Shown: in pieces, positions 37,140 through 48,289 of the stretch | How positions within the stretch are numbered: the first letter of the stretch is position 1 | Layout: each line of letters opens with the position of its first letter | NCBI GenBank assembly: GCA_026770705.1 | Contig: JANJGN010000039.1 | Location: forward strand, 6,262,001-6,326,000 | Origin: Isurus oxyrinchus | Lineage: Eukaryota | DNA length: 64,000 bases | Reading direction: 5' to 3' | Translations under genes and position numbers: made by a program | The notes under the pieces: model-generated | Seen by the model: only the letters and a program-made list of their open reading frames with translations | Told to the model about the DNA's origin: nothing | Databases searched by the model: none

Positions 37140-37340
37140 ATGTCTCTCTCTGCCTCTCTCCCGCTGTCTTGGACTCTCATTCTCTCTCTGCTTATCTGTC
37201 TCAGTCTCTATAACTCACTCCATATGCTTCTCTCTGTTCAGGTCTGTCTCTCTGAATATCTCTCTCTCTCCCTTTGTTTGTTTATCTCTCATCTCTCTCT
37301 CACTCTCTCTCTCTCTCTCTCTCTCTTTCTCCCTCTCAGA
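37140..37340. repeat. (CT)n-rich tract
   Basis: Visible dinucleotide repeats. Confidence 0.9.
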
Positions 37341-37825
37341 TAAATATATCTCTAATTTTCCTTTTCAGTTCCCAAATTAACTGAGAATTACCCTTGACCC
37401 TACGCCCCTCGCTTCCTGCTGGAATTTGTGGGGTTCTGTGATGGACGTTAATCTGGCAAATGAAAGAGGAGTTTTGCCATGTTGTGGATTTTCATTAGAA
37501 TCAGTATGACGAATGAGAATGCTGGACAGATGGAAGAGCAATTTGGAGGGGATGCATCCAGGGCAGGGGATTTATCTCCAACCAGGGTGAAAGAACTCCA
37601 TGATGCCAAAGCTCCAATGAGAGCGAAGAGATATCTTATTACTGATATTTTTTCCTTTCAATCATTGTGAGGCTGTTGCACGATGAACAGTTGAACTGGC
37701 AAAAGGGAGAGGACGGCTGACTGGATGCCTGTCCCCCCTCCAAACCCTTCATCTCTTCACCTCCAGCCGCTGTGGTTCTGCAATTAACTGAGAATCTGCT
37801 GAAACTCTCAGTGATTTCTTTCTTT

Positions 37826-38711
37826 TTATTGTTTAATATGTTGAAGAAATTCGGGTGAAGAGATGTTGCAGCACTTTCTTAAATGCTATGTGAACTTAGC
37901 CTGGTCACTGCATAAATCCCAGTGTTTGTTCAGCAAATCAGGAGCTGCAGCATGAAGCCTATTTCCTGAACAAAACGATACAGATACATCGACTTATAGC
38001 CCAAATTCCACATCAGTCTCCAAATAGAATAAACAATTGACATTGAACACAACAGGAAGAAATCGGCTGAGATAACAGACAGAAAATGCATAGATTTCCG
38101 TCTGCTCTCACTCTATGGATCGCCGGGATTATCCCACTTCTGTGAGCCCGGAATCTCCTGTGTTCTCTGCCTTTCATTAAAATCTGCTTACCTGTGAAAA
38201 GACTAAGCAGCAGAATGATGGTAAATGGAAAACACAATGGAACTCAATTGCTATCCAGAACAGAGATTCGTGGTTATCCCATGCAAAATCACAGAAATCA
38301 GGGGCCGTTCATCAGCCAATATGGATCTGTTATCATAAAATAACAGAAAATGTTATTTGAACAGCTCAGCGCAATCAATGTTCCCAGAAGCACAGTGGCT
38401 ATTTTCTCACTGCAATATTCAGTTTTCAGCTTCAGGGAACAAATGGCCACAAATCCCCCAAAGGTGAAAGTGACAGTGAAACAGACAGGACAGTCTGTGG
38501 CTGCTTAAAGCAAGATGGTGTGGATATTACACACGTGGATGGAGTTCCAGAAGTAAAACTGTTCCTTAAACAAGAATGGAATGTGCCTTATTATCACATC
38601 AGGAATAACGACCATTCGACAGCCACAGCCATGGCCACCAGGTACTGAGTTACACATTTGGACAGACCACGTCTGTTGCTCCTCAGGATCACAAGCATGA
38701 CACCAAGTTCG
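37826..38711 (-). pseudogene. GPR139-like pseudogene B (exon 2), close paralog of gene A
   Basis: Acceptor ccaggcAG is followed by a colinear match to gene A exon 2 (ANL.., GLSKCVTQYLVAMAVA, RHIPFLFKEQFYFWNSIHVCNIHTILL*AATDC, FVAICSLKLKTEYCSEKIATVLLGTLIALSCS, EIGFMLQLLIC*TNTGIYAVT). It has several in-frame stops, frameshifts and a deletion in TM5. Confidence 0.9.
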
Positions 38712-40084
38712 CTGCCTGGACGGGAAATAAACAATTAGACTATACATCAGGCTTAGTCAAAGCAACCCGTTTAATTGATTAGTTTCTGTATGTTATTGCA
38801 GCCTGTAATATATTGTGAAAAATGAACCTGAAATAACAAATGGGAAGGTTTGCGATCGAGTTTAGGAAGCCGAGAAAAATAACAAAAGCTGAAGGGGTGG
38901 AGGAAGTGGATGCAGGATTATCGCGGGCAGTAGAGGTGATGAGGGTACAAAGGATGAATGTTGGGCCCAGGGGATAATATGGGGACTTAGTTGGAGATCG
39001 GAAAAGTCAGGAGTGATTCAAATGTAACTTTGAAACCCAACGCTAACAGAGGAGCCAGGCAATAATAGGGCGGCCCAGGGGCGAGGGGCGAACTGAGGAA
39101 CACGTATGATTGGGCAGAGCCTGAGGTGATGGATGTGTTAAGGAAAGGGAAGTGATCTGGATGTTTTCCCCATTTCTCTGCTAACTACAACAGGATGCAT
39201 TTCTGGGAAGGAGTGTTTAAACATTCCAGTGTGGCAGTTTTTAAGAAAAGTGACTAAGTAGTTTTTTCTTGTAAAGTAAAAAAATTAAAGGAAATGATTA
39301 AAATGTATTGCTTACAAGAGTACGAAGTGTAGCAAGATGTCATTCCTCAAAGACACAAAGACACAAACACACACACTCAAACACACACTTTAAAAGAGGG
39401 ACTCTAGAGGAGTAGCATACACTTCGTGTATCAGAAGCATGGGAGAGAAACAGGCCGCTTCATTACCTTCCTTAAGTTGGTACTTGATTTTCTCCTTTTT
39501 TTGAAGACAAATGGAGGTTGCGAAATTCTGGCTATTAGTCTAAATTGTGGTTATGAAGAAATATATCAAAAGGTAGAACGTTTTAGCCTCTTTTAATTGC
39601 CTGAGCTGATTCCAAACATTGTTCTTCTTTTTCTTGGACGGGGATATTTTCCCTAAGGTTCTTCTTCATTTCTTAGAATAACTGACTTCCATATATTCAA
39701 TATGTTGTCAGTTATTCAATGTTTCCAAAAGATATCTGTTGCACAATGTCAGTTGTAAAGGTTACTTTTACTAAGATACGCTTACTCGCTGACCTGTGAC
39801 CATCGAGTTGGATTTCATGTCTCCATACATTAACATTCCCGTTACAAGCAAGATGTGAACTCCTCCTCGATCCATCTTCCAGAGGGATATGATGTGACAA
39901 TGACAGGGGAGAAAGGAGAGTGGGTGGGGGAAGGGATGATGAGTGAGAGAGAAGTGAAAAGGGAAAGCCGGTTTCACATTTGACCACGAAGCACGTCCCG
40001 GTGCACAGAAACCTGACTCTTGTAGTGTCAGCACCCTTCCAGAGGAGAGACAAGAAATTGGACTCCTCTCCTAGCACTGGACTG

Positions 40085-40783
40085 ATATACATACAGACAC
40101 ACATGCACACACATGCACACCCATGTAAATAAACATACACACAGGTAAATACACATGTCTACGCAAACATTGGAACAAACACATGCAGGCACATACACAC
40201 ACANNNNNNNNNNNNNNNNNNNNNNNNNNNNNNNNNNNNNNNNNNNNNNNNNNNNNNNNNNNNNNNNNNNNNNNNNNNNNNNNNNNNNNNNNNNNNNNNN
40301 NNNNNNNNNNNNNNNNNNNNNNNNNNNNNNNNNNNCACACATGCCNNNNNNNNNNNNNNNNNNNNNNNNNNNNNNNNNNNNNNNNNNNNNNNNNNNNNNN
40401 NNNNNNNNNNNNNNNNNNNNNNNNNNNNNNNNNNNNNNNNNNNNNNNNNNNNNNNNNNNNNNNNNNNNNNNNNNNNNNNNNNNNNNNNNNNTAGAAATAC
40501 AGGCACAAACAAACACATATGAAAAAGAGACAGAGACGCAGCAACAAAGCACAGGCGCACACACAAAAAAACACACACACATAAGCATACACAGGTGCAC
40601 ACGAATTCACCCCTACACACAAACAGACTGACAAACACACATCTGCACACAATAAAAGGACAGAGGCTCATGTGCTCATCATCTTACTCACTTTTCCTAT
40701 CTCCCTCACTCTCTATATTGCATAGACACATATATTCCTCTGCTCCCCCCCACCTCACATAAACTCACGTACAGCCACACTCA

Positions 40784-40844
<61 letters not shown>

Positions 40845-40930
40845 TCACACAATCACATACCCTGGCACAGAGTGGCATAGAAGCAAACACCTAGAAAAAT
40901 GCTGACATGCGCAATCACACACAGGCACGA
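40085..40930. repeat. (CA)n-rich tract containing N gaps 40204-40335 and 40346-40491
   Basis: Visible dinucleotide repeats and N runs. Confidence 0.95.
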
Positions 40931-40944
40931 TGAAAAACCAAGAC

Positions 40945-43900
40945 ACGCACATCTGGTTCATTAATGCCTTTTTTGGAATGAATTCTGCCATCGTAACCTG
41001 GTCTCGTTTATCTGTGAATCCAGATCAGCTTCAAAGTGGTTGATCTGTTAATGAGTTAATACATCAATTAGTTGTATCAAAGAGCTGAAAACCACAAATA
41101 AAGGAATGAAACTGAAAGCTGACACAGATTTGACCTATGCACCGTAAACAACAATTTAAACTCATCCCTCTCAGCCCTGCAATGACTTCCTTATTGTTAT
41201 TGGGGCTAAAGCCATAATTGGACAGTTGCCTCAAAGACTAGTCATGCAAAAGCCTGACATAGCCACCCTCACGGATTCACAACTGACAGACAATGTCCCA
41301 TACAGCACCATCACCATCCCTGGGTGTATCCTATCCCACTGGTAGGACAGAAACAGAAGAGGTGAAGGCAGTGGTGTGCAGTCGGAAGGGCGTTGCCCTG
41401 CAATCCGTCAATAGCGAATACTGTATGCATGGAGTCCTATAGCATCATGCCACAATTGGGCAGGTGATTACACATACCACACCACCTCCCCACCGCCCGC
41501 CACCCTTCCCCACCCACCAACCCACCCCCTCCACCCCCGTCACCCTGCTCAGCTGACGAATAATTGCTCTTCCAAGTTCAACAAAATTTGAGCAAAGATC
41601 TCAGGGTGACAAGGGCCCAGAATGTACTATGTGTTGCGGATACCAACGATCTTCACCAAGATTGGTTTGGTATCACCGCTACTGACCGAGCTGGCCAAGT
41701 GTCAAATGGTTTAGATGCTATACTGGGCCTGCAGCAGGTGTTCTGCGGTCCAGTAAGACTGGAAAACATACTTGGCCTCATCCTCACCTAACTGCCTGCA
41801 TCAGGTGGAACTGTCCATGCAGCAGCTGTGGCCACCTCTCTGCAACATTAGTAGGAGTGCCCAATGCACTGTCATTATGGAGGCAAAATCCCACCCTCAC
41901 AATGAGCAGACACTCCATCGTGTGGCAGTACCGCCGTGCTAAATGGGATAGATTTCGAACAGCTTCAGCAACACAAGACTCGGCATCATTGTGGTCCTGT
42001 AGGAAATTAGCAGTAACAGTTTTGTACTCAGAAACAACCAGTAGCCGCATGGCTTGGCTGATTCCCCACTCTAAAAAAAAACAATCATGCCAGTGGATCA
42101 ACTCTGGTTCAACGAGCAGAACGAGAGTGTGTGTCAGAAGCAGCAACAGGCATACATGAATTGGAGATGTCACCCTGGTGAAGCTATCACAAAGGATAAC
42201 CTTCATGACAAACACCATAAGCATTAAACGATAGACAGAGCTGTGTGATCCCACTATCAATGATTCAAATCTAAGCTCTACTGCTGACACATACATCCGT
42301 GAATTGTGGTGGACAATTAAACAATTGTTGCTGGAAGAGGCGCTACAAATTACTCCACTCTCAGGGTGGGGAGCACAGCAAGACAATGTGAAAGCTAAGG
42401 CTGAAACATGTGTTACAATCTTAGGTTGAAGTGACGATTGGCTGCTCCATCTCTTCCTCATTCGGATGTCCCCAGTTTCAGCGCTGCTATTATTCAGACA
42501 ATTCTGTTCCCTCCACGTAATATCGAGGGAAGGCAGAACTCACTGGATTCTGCAAAGGCCATGGGCATAACAATATTCTGCCAACATATCTGAAGGGTTG
42601 TTCTTCATGGCATGCAACGACCCTAGTGAAGCTGTTCCAATACTGACACAAAACTGGCATTTAGCTACCAAGGTGGAAATTTGCCCAAGTGTGTCCCGTA
42701 CACAAACAGCAGAACAACGCATATACAGCCAATTACCGACCCATCAGTCTACTCTCTATTACAGGTAAAATGACAGAAGGGTTAATAACAGTGATGTCAA
42801 GTGGGATTGGTTTAGCAATAACCTGCTCACTGAAGCCCAGGTGGAAGTTAACCAGTGCCAATCAGATCCTGAACTCATTACAGTCATTTTTCAATAATGG
42901 ACAAAAGAGCTGTACTCCTGAATTGAGATGAGAGTGAGTGCATTTTTACCATCAAACTAATGCTCAGTTTAGGTCACTCAAATCCTGGCCTCATTAGGGC
43001 TATGTTCGAAAAATGGACAAACGTTTTGAAATCCCGAGGTGAGATACAAATGACTGGCAGGAACACACCTGAACGACTGTGGCATAAAGGAGCCCTTGCC
43101 ACACTGGATACAGTGAGAATTAGGGGGAACCCTCCACTGGTTTGATTCATAGAGAACACAAAGGATGATGGTTGTGGTGTGAAAACAGAAAATGCTGGAC
43201 AAAAGCAGCAAGCCTGGCAGCATCTGATTTGGTAAGTTCAGAGTTAAAATTTGGAGTCCGTATGAACCTTCCTCACAGAAGAATAGAGGTGGGAATGTGT
43301 TGAAATATACAGTGTTCAAGGGGGCTGCGGCGGTTCGAGCTGGACAGAAAACTGCCACCACGTGGAGACCAAAAAGGGAATGGCAATGATGTCATGAACT
43401 AAGGGACGAAGATCGTGTTAATGGTAATGGTTAGTGTAAAGAAATAAGGTGCTGATAGGGACAACAAGGTAATAATTCAGAACGTGATAACAGAAGAAGA
43501 AAGGGTAATATGGGACTAGCAAAAGTTGACTTTGTATATGATGGGATGGGGGGGGGGGGGCAGTGGTGGCGAAATTCGATATAAAATGGGACAGAAGGTG
43601 AATAAAACGTGGATATAACGATTGCTATTTGAATAAAAATAAATTGAGTGGATTCAACTAAAAATGAATTTAGGAAAAAAGAGATTACAGAACGTGTGAA
43701 GGATAGAGGAGAGAGTTCAGTGTTGTGGTTGTTGGAGGTCAGTCATCTCAGCAGGAGGAATTTACAACAGGATTTCCACAGAACAGCGTCCGAGACTCAA
43801 ACATCTTCATCTGATCCATCAAGAACCTTTCTTCCTTCTTACAGTAAGAAGGGTGGATGTTCGCTTATGATTGCACAATTCCCAGCACCATTCACAACTC

Positions 43901-44673
43901 CTCAGATACTGAGCACAGTTTTTCGATATGCAGGAATACCAGGCCAACTTGGAGTCTTGGGCTCACAATTGAGAAGTCCCGTTCGAACCAAGGAAGCGCC
44001 AGGCAAATATCTTCAAGGACAAGGGGTAATCTAACCATCACACCTTGACATTAAATTCCATTACCATCGCTGAATCCGCCACTATGCACATCCTGGGGTT
44101 TATCGTTGACCAAAAATTGAACAGCGCTAACCATATTAATACTGTGACTACAAGAGCTGGTCAGGGCTTAGGAAACCTGCAGCGAGTAACACATCTACTG
44201 ATTCCTCAAATACTGTCCACCACCCGCTTCGCTGGATGTCTGCATCTCCAACAACACCCACGAAGCCTGACACCCTCCGGGAAACGCATCCCCGCTGGAT
44301 TGGCACAAAATCCAGTTTTCCCTACTGACGCACAGTCGCAGCACAGTGAATGTCATCTACAATATGCACTGCAGGGGCTCACCAAGGCTCCTTAGACGGA
44401 TTCTTCGAAACTAACATCCAGAAGGAAAAGGGTCGCAGATACATGTCAACAGCAGCACCTGGAATTACCTCTACAAGTCACTCAACAACATTTCACAGGC
44501 ACGGGGTAAAAACCCTGCAATCCCTCCGTAACAGCACTGTGGGTATACCTAGACCACATGGACTGCAGTGATTTAGGACACAGCTCTGCACCTCTTTGTC
44601 AAGGGAAATTAGTGATGGACATTAAATGCTGCTCAACCAGCGTAGCCCACAGCCCTTGAAATAATGATAAAAA
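40945..44673 (+). mobile_element. Near full-length decayed CR1/L2-group LINE (APE endonuclease + RT), single-ORF type
   Basis: TIPGCILSHW*DRNRRGEG (EN), WQYRRAKWDRFRT, ANYRPISLLSITGKMTEG, WTNVLKSRGE..RLWHKGAL (RT), ILGFIVDQKLNSANHINTVTTRAGQGLG. Tail aagggaaattagtgatggacattaaatgctg...gcccacagccc. Confidence 0.85.
43180..43721 (-). mobile_element. Penelope-like tail fragment nested in the LINE
   Basis: gaaaacagaaaatgctgga..cagca..ctggcagcatc is homologous to the PLE tail. It is flanked by gttgtggt at 43171-43178 and 43722-43729, a possible TSD. Confidence 0.6.
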
Positions 44674-44674
44674 G

Positions 44675-45151
44675 AGCCACACACACATCCGTGCACACAC
44701 AGAAACAAACACACACGCACACACACACTCACACAGACACACACGCACGCACATGCACACGCACACGCACACGCACGCACAGGCACATGAAATTCGTCTC
44801 TTTCTCATGCACATGCACATGCTCACACACATAAACACAGGCACGAACAAAGACACAAATAAATACAGATAATTAATCTCACACTTATACATGCACACAC
44901 AAACAAACAACCACGTACACATACACACAGAATAAATAGATGCACACACAGAAACATTCACATGCAATTGNNNNNNNNNNNNNNNNNNNNNNNNNNNNNN
45001 NNNNNNNNNNNNNNNNNNNNNNNNNNNNNNNNNNNNNNNNNNNNNNNNNNNNNNNNNNNNNNNNNNNNNNNNNNNNNNNNNNNNNNNNNNNNNNNNNNNN
45101 NNNNNNNNNNNNNNNNCACACACATAAACACACATTTCATTCCTCCCTCTC

Positions 45152-45182
<31 letters not shown>

Positions 45183-46190
45183 AATAGAGAGATAGGCACA
45201 AATACTCACAGAGATTCGAGCGCATACACACACATGGACAATATTCATGTGCAGACACACAAACATGCACACACGCACACACAAACGGACACACACAGAC
45301 AGTTGTACACACTAACACACATGTGCACAGATACACACCATGCAAACAAACATGTGGAATGTATACATGCGCGGACTTGCTCACACGCACATAAAACACA
45401 CGCACATACACAGAAACACACACAAATGCAAACAAGCTTACACACGCACAAGCACACAGACAAGCATATACACATACAAGCATAAACACACAGACACGAG
45501 TGCACAAGCTCTACACAGGGATGCAAACTCACATTCAGACCCACACCTGCACAGAAGCAAGCACACATACACAAATTCGAACTTAGAAAATCTCATTTGC
45601 ACCAAGCCACCCTACACAATCTATGTCACACACATGCACAGACATTCACGCAAACAAAGCATCACACACACAGACACAGACTCCCAGTCACCGTCAAACA
45701 TTGACACACACACATTTCATATCTGTCTCTCTCTCACACAAACATTTTCACATAACATACACACAGAGATTCACACAAATGCACCCATTCACACAAACGC
45801 ATGAAATAAATATATGTATAGACACAAACATATACAAACGCACACTCAAGTACTCACAAGGGCATGCAGACACACACTGACACCCAAACCTGCTGAAACA
45901 AATTCACACAGACACATACTCAAGCTTAGTAACTCAGATATACACTAACTCACAATACACAGAGATTCACACTTTCACACACATACACTCAAATCACACG
46001 CACATACACATACGTACAGAGACACACTCACACTAATACACACCCACACATATACCCATACACACAAACACATGCAAACACAAGCACATATAAACACATG
46101 CAAGAGACAACACACATACGCCAATTGGTGCACACCACACAAAGACTCACACACACGACACACAAACACAAAACAAACACACACGTAGGG
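44675..46190. repeat. (CA)n-rich low-complexity tract with N gap 44971-45116
   Basis: Visible dinucleotide repeats and N run. Confidence 0.95.
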
Positions 46191-46518
46191 TCTGAGAATG
46201 ATTGCATTGTCAGTGAGAAGAGGCAAGTGAGAGGACACCTTTCCATTGTGGTACTCACACTCAGAAGCATTTGGAGGTTAAATGTTGCTAGAACAGGAGA
46301 CCGTGTATGTCATTGAACACAGGCATGATAGGGAAACGTGACTTGCTGAGAGTTATGAAACCAGTAGCTTAATTTTGCTGGACCTCAGTCTTATGGATAT
46401 TGGAATGTGGGGGACGACGCAGAAATGCGGTGTAATGGCCAAATGTGGGCGTTCCAGAGACATGCATGGCAGCTACAGGAACGGGTGCACTGTGTTAGGC
46501 AGTGAAGTACGGTCATGT

Positions 46519-46742
46519 TACGGAAGTGGAAATAGCCGTTCTTAGTCATGGTGTGAATATATGACACCCATGTTTTGAACAGTCTTGTTCTGTCTGAGAC
46601 AGTTAGCAGGGAGTCTGCAGGGATTGCATTTACGGAAGTGGAAATTGCCGTACTTAGTGATGGTGTGAATATACGATACCCATGTTTTGAACAGTCTGGT
46701 TCAGTCTGAGACAGTTAGCAGGGAGGCTGCAGGGATTGCATT
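46519..46742 (+). repeat. 112-bp direct tandem duplication inside a probable minus-strand L2 remnant (~46300-46830)
   Basis: tacggaagtggaaat..gcagggattgcattt occurs at 46519 and 46631. Confidence 0.9.
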
Positions 46743-46959
46743 TTGGGAAACAGAGTTTGCAGTGGGTACGTTAAAGAATGTCTTCAGCCTTTCCAACATT
46801 TAATTACAACGGCATTTGTGCCAGGTTGCTTTGTACGAGGTTTTAGCTGGAGATATAGGACGAGCTAAATCTTCCAAACCAATAAAGGCTGCAAGAAGAG
46901 AGGGTGCTAAGGATTGTGAACAGAACTGTGAACGTGGCACAGCAGGTTCACAACTGTCA

Positions 46960-47440
46960 AGGCCGTTTAGAAAGCTCCTTATGAAGTGTGTGGAGCCTTG
47001 GGCTTTCTAAAAAGTGTTATAGGGTACATAATACTGGAAGTCATGAAGAGCCTGTCTAATAGCCTAGTGTGATCCCACCTGATATGATGTGTTCAATACC
47101 GGGCACCATATTTTAGGAAGGATGCGGAGGCTTTGTGCAGTAAACATAAGAGATTTACTAGCATTTTTCCAGCGAGTGGTACTATAACGTAACATGGATA
47201 GCCTGGAGAAGCTGCACTTTTTCTCCACAGAGTAGACAGGATTAAGAAGAAGTTTGGCAGAGGTGACTATCATTAAGAACGGCCAAGATAAATCTAATAG
47301 AGAAAAGTGATGTCCAATGGCTGATGGGTCGATAACCAGAAATTGATAAACATGTGAAGAAGAAAAATGCAGGGGTCGGAAGAAATTACTTGAGAGGGGG
47401 GCTGATGTGTTAATTGTGAGAGACACAGATTCAATGGGGA
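46960..47440 (+). mobile_element. CR1 LINE RT C-terminal remnant
   Basis: EVMKSLSNSLV*SHLI*CVQYRAPYFRKD corresponds to [29 protein letters not shown]. Confidence 0.7.
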
Positions 47441-48289
47441 ATATGGAACCCTTAGGTTATTCGTCTATCCCATGGTCTCCCCTGCCAGGAATTACAAATA
47501 TCCCAATGCTTCCAAAGACATGTGCTGAAGTGTCACATAACACGCTTGTTGTGAAAATTGAACACATGGAATTGAAGGATTAATTAAAGCTGGCAGCGAC
47601 ATTATCCTCTCAAGAACATGTCAGAACAATTATTGGCATCCAAAATCCGCAGCCCATCCTGACCCAATTCCTGGCACATTGTCAGGAAAAAAAAAACATG
47701 TGTTTCCTTGACTCCCGATTGGGTGGGGGCTCTGGTTTCTACCCAGAAGAGGTCGGTTGAGGAGTTGGGTTCTTCCTGTCCTGTCCCTGCAAACAGTTTC
47801 TGTCTGAATGTGACTCTAAGAGGCCACTGGAGGAGAATTCTGACCATTGCACTGTCAGGAGTTACTGATCATATCACTGATGACTGGGAAATGATTGCCG
47901 TGCGAGAGCTGCTAAATTAGGAAAATCTCCCTTCGTGTCCTCATAGTCATTGCTGTGCCTGCTTTTCAAATGCAGTGCTGCCAATTTGCTTTTCCCTCTG
48001 TGCACACTGCTGTAACAATCTATTAATGCTCAACCCTAAAAGGGACCAACCTCTAAACATGTCCTATGTTTCTGCCAACACACCCTGCCAAGGAATGCAA
48101 GAGAACATGTCAAGTGCTGAAATACTCACTCAAAACTCGGACCCGTGTTTATGACTAAGGTGAAGTGAACAATGTCACAGTAAATGGACGGCCAGGAGAA
48201 TAATTAACTGTATTCCTCTGTGAGATACCTCCAAACTCCATGAGACACCATGTAACACTTTACTTCTTGTCATTTTAGGAGCGCAAAAC

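Noticed and set aside
41784-42461. 225-aa minus-strand ORF
   Set aside because: Antisense shadow of the plus-strand LINE ORF.
44599-46316. Long ORFs (up to 302 aa) rich in C/V/M or H/T
   Set aside because: Translations of CA/GT microsatellite and N gaps. The same applies to 36226-36928 and 40028-40671.
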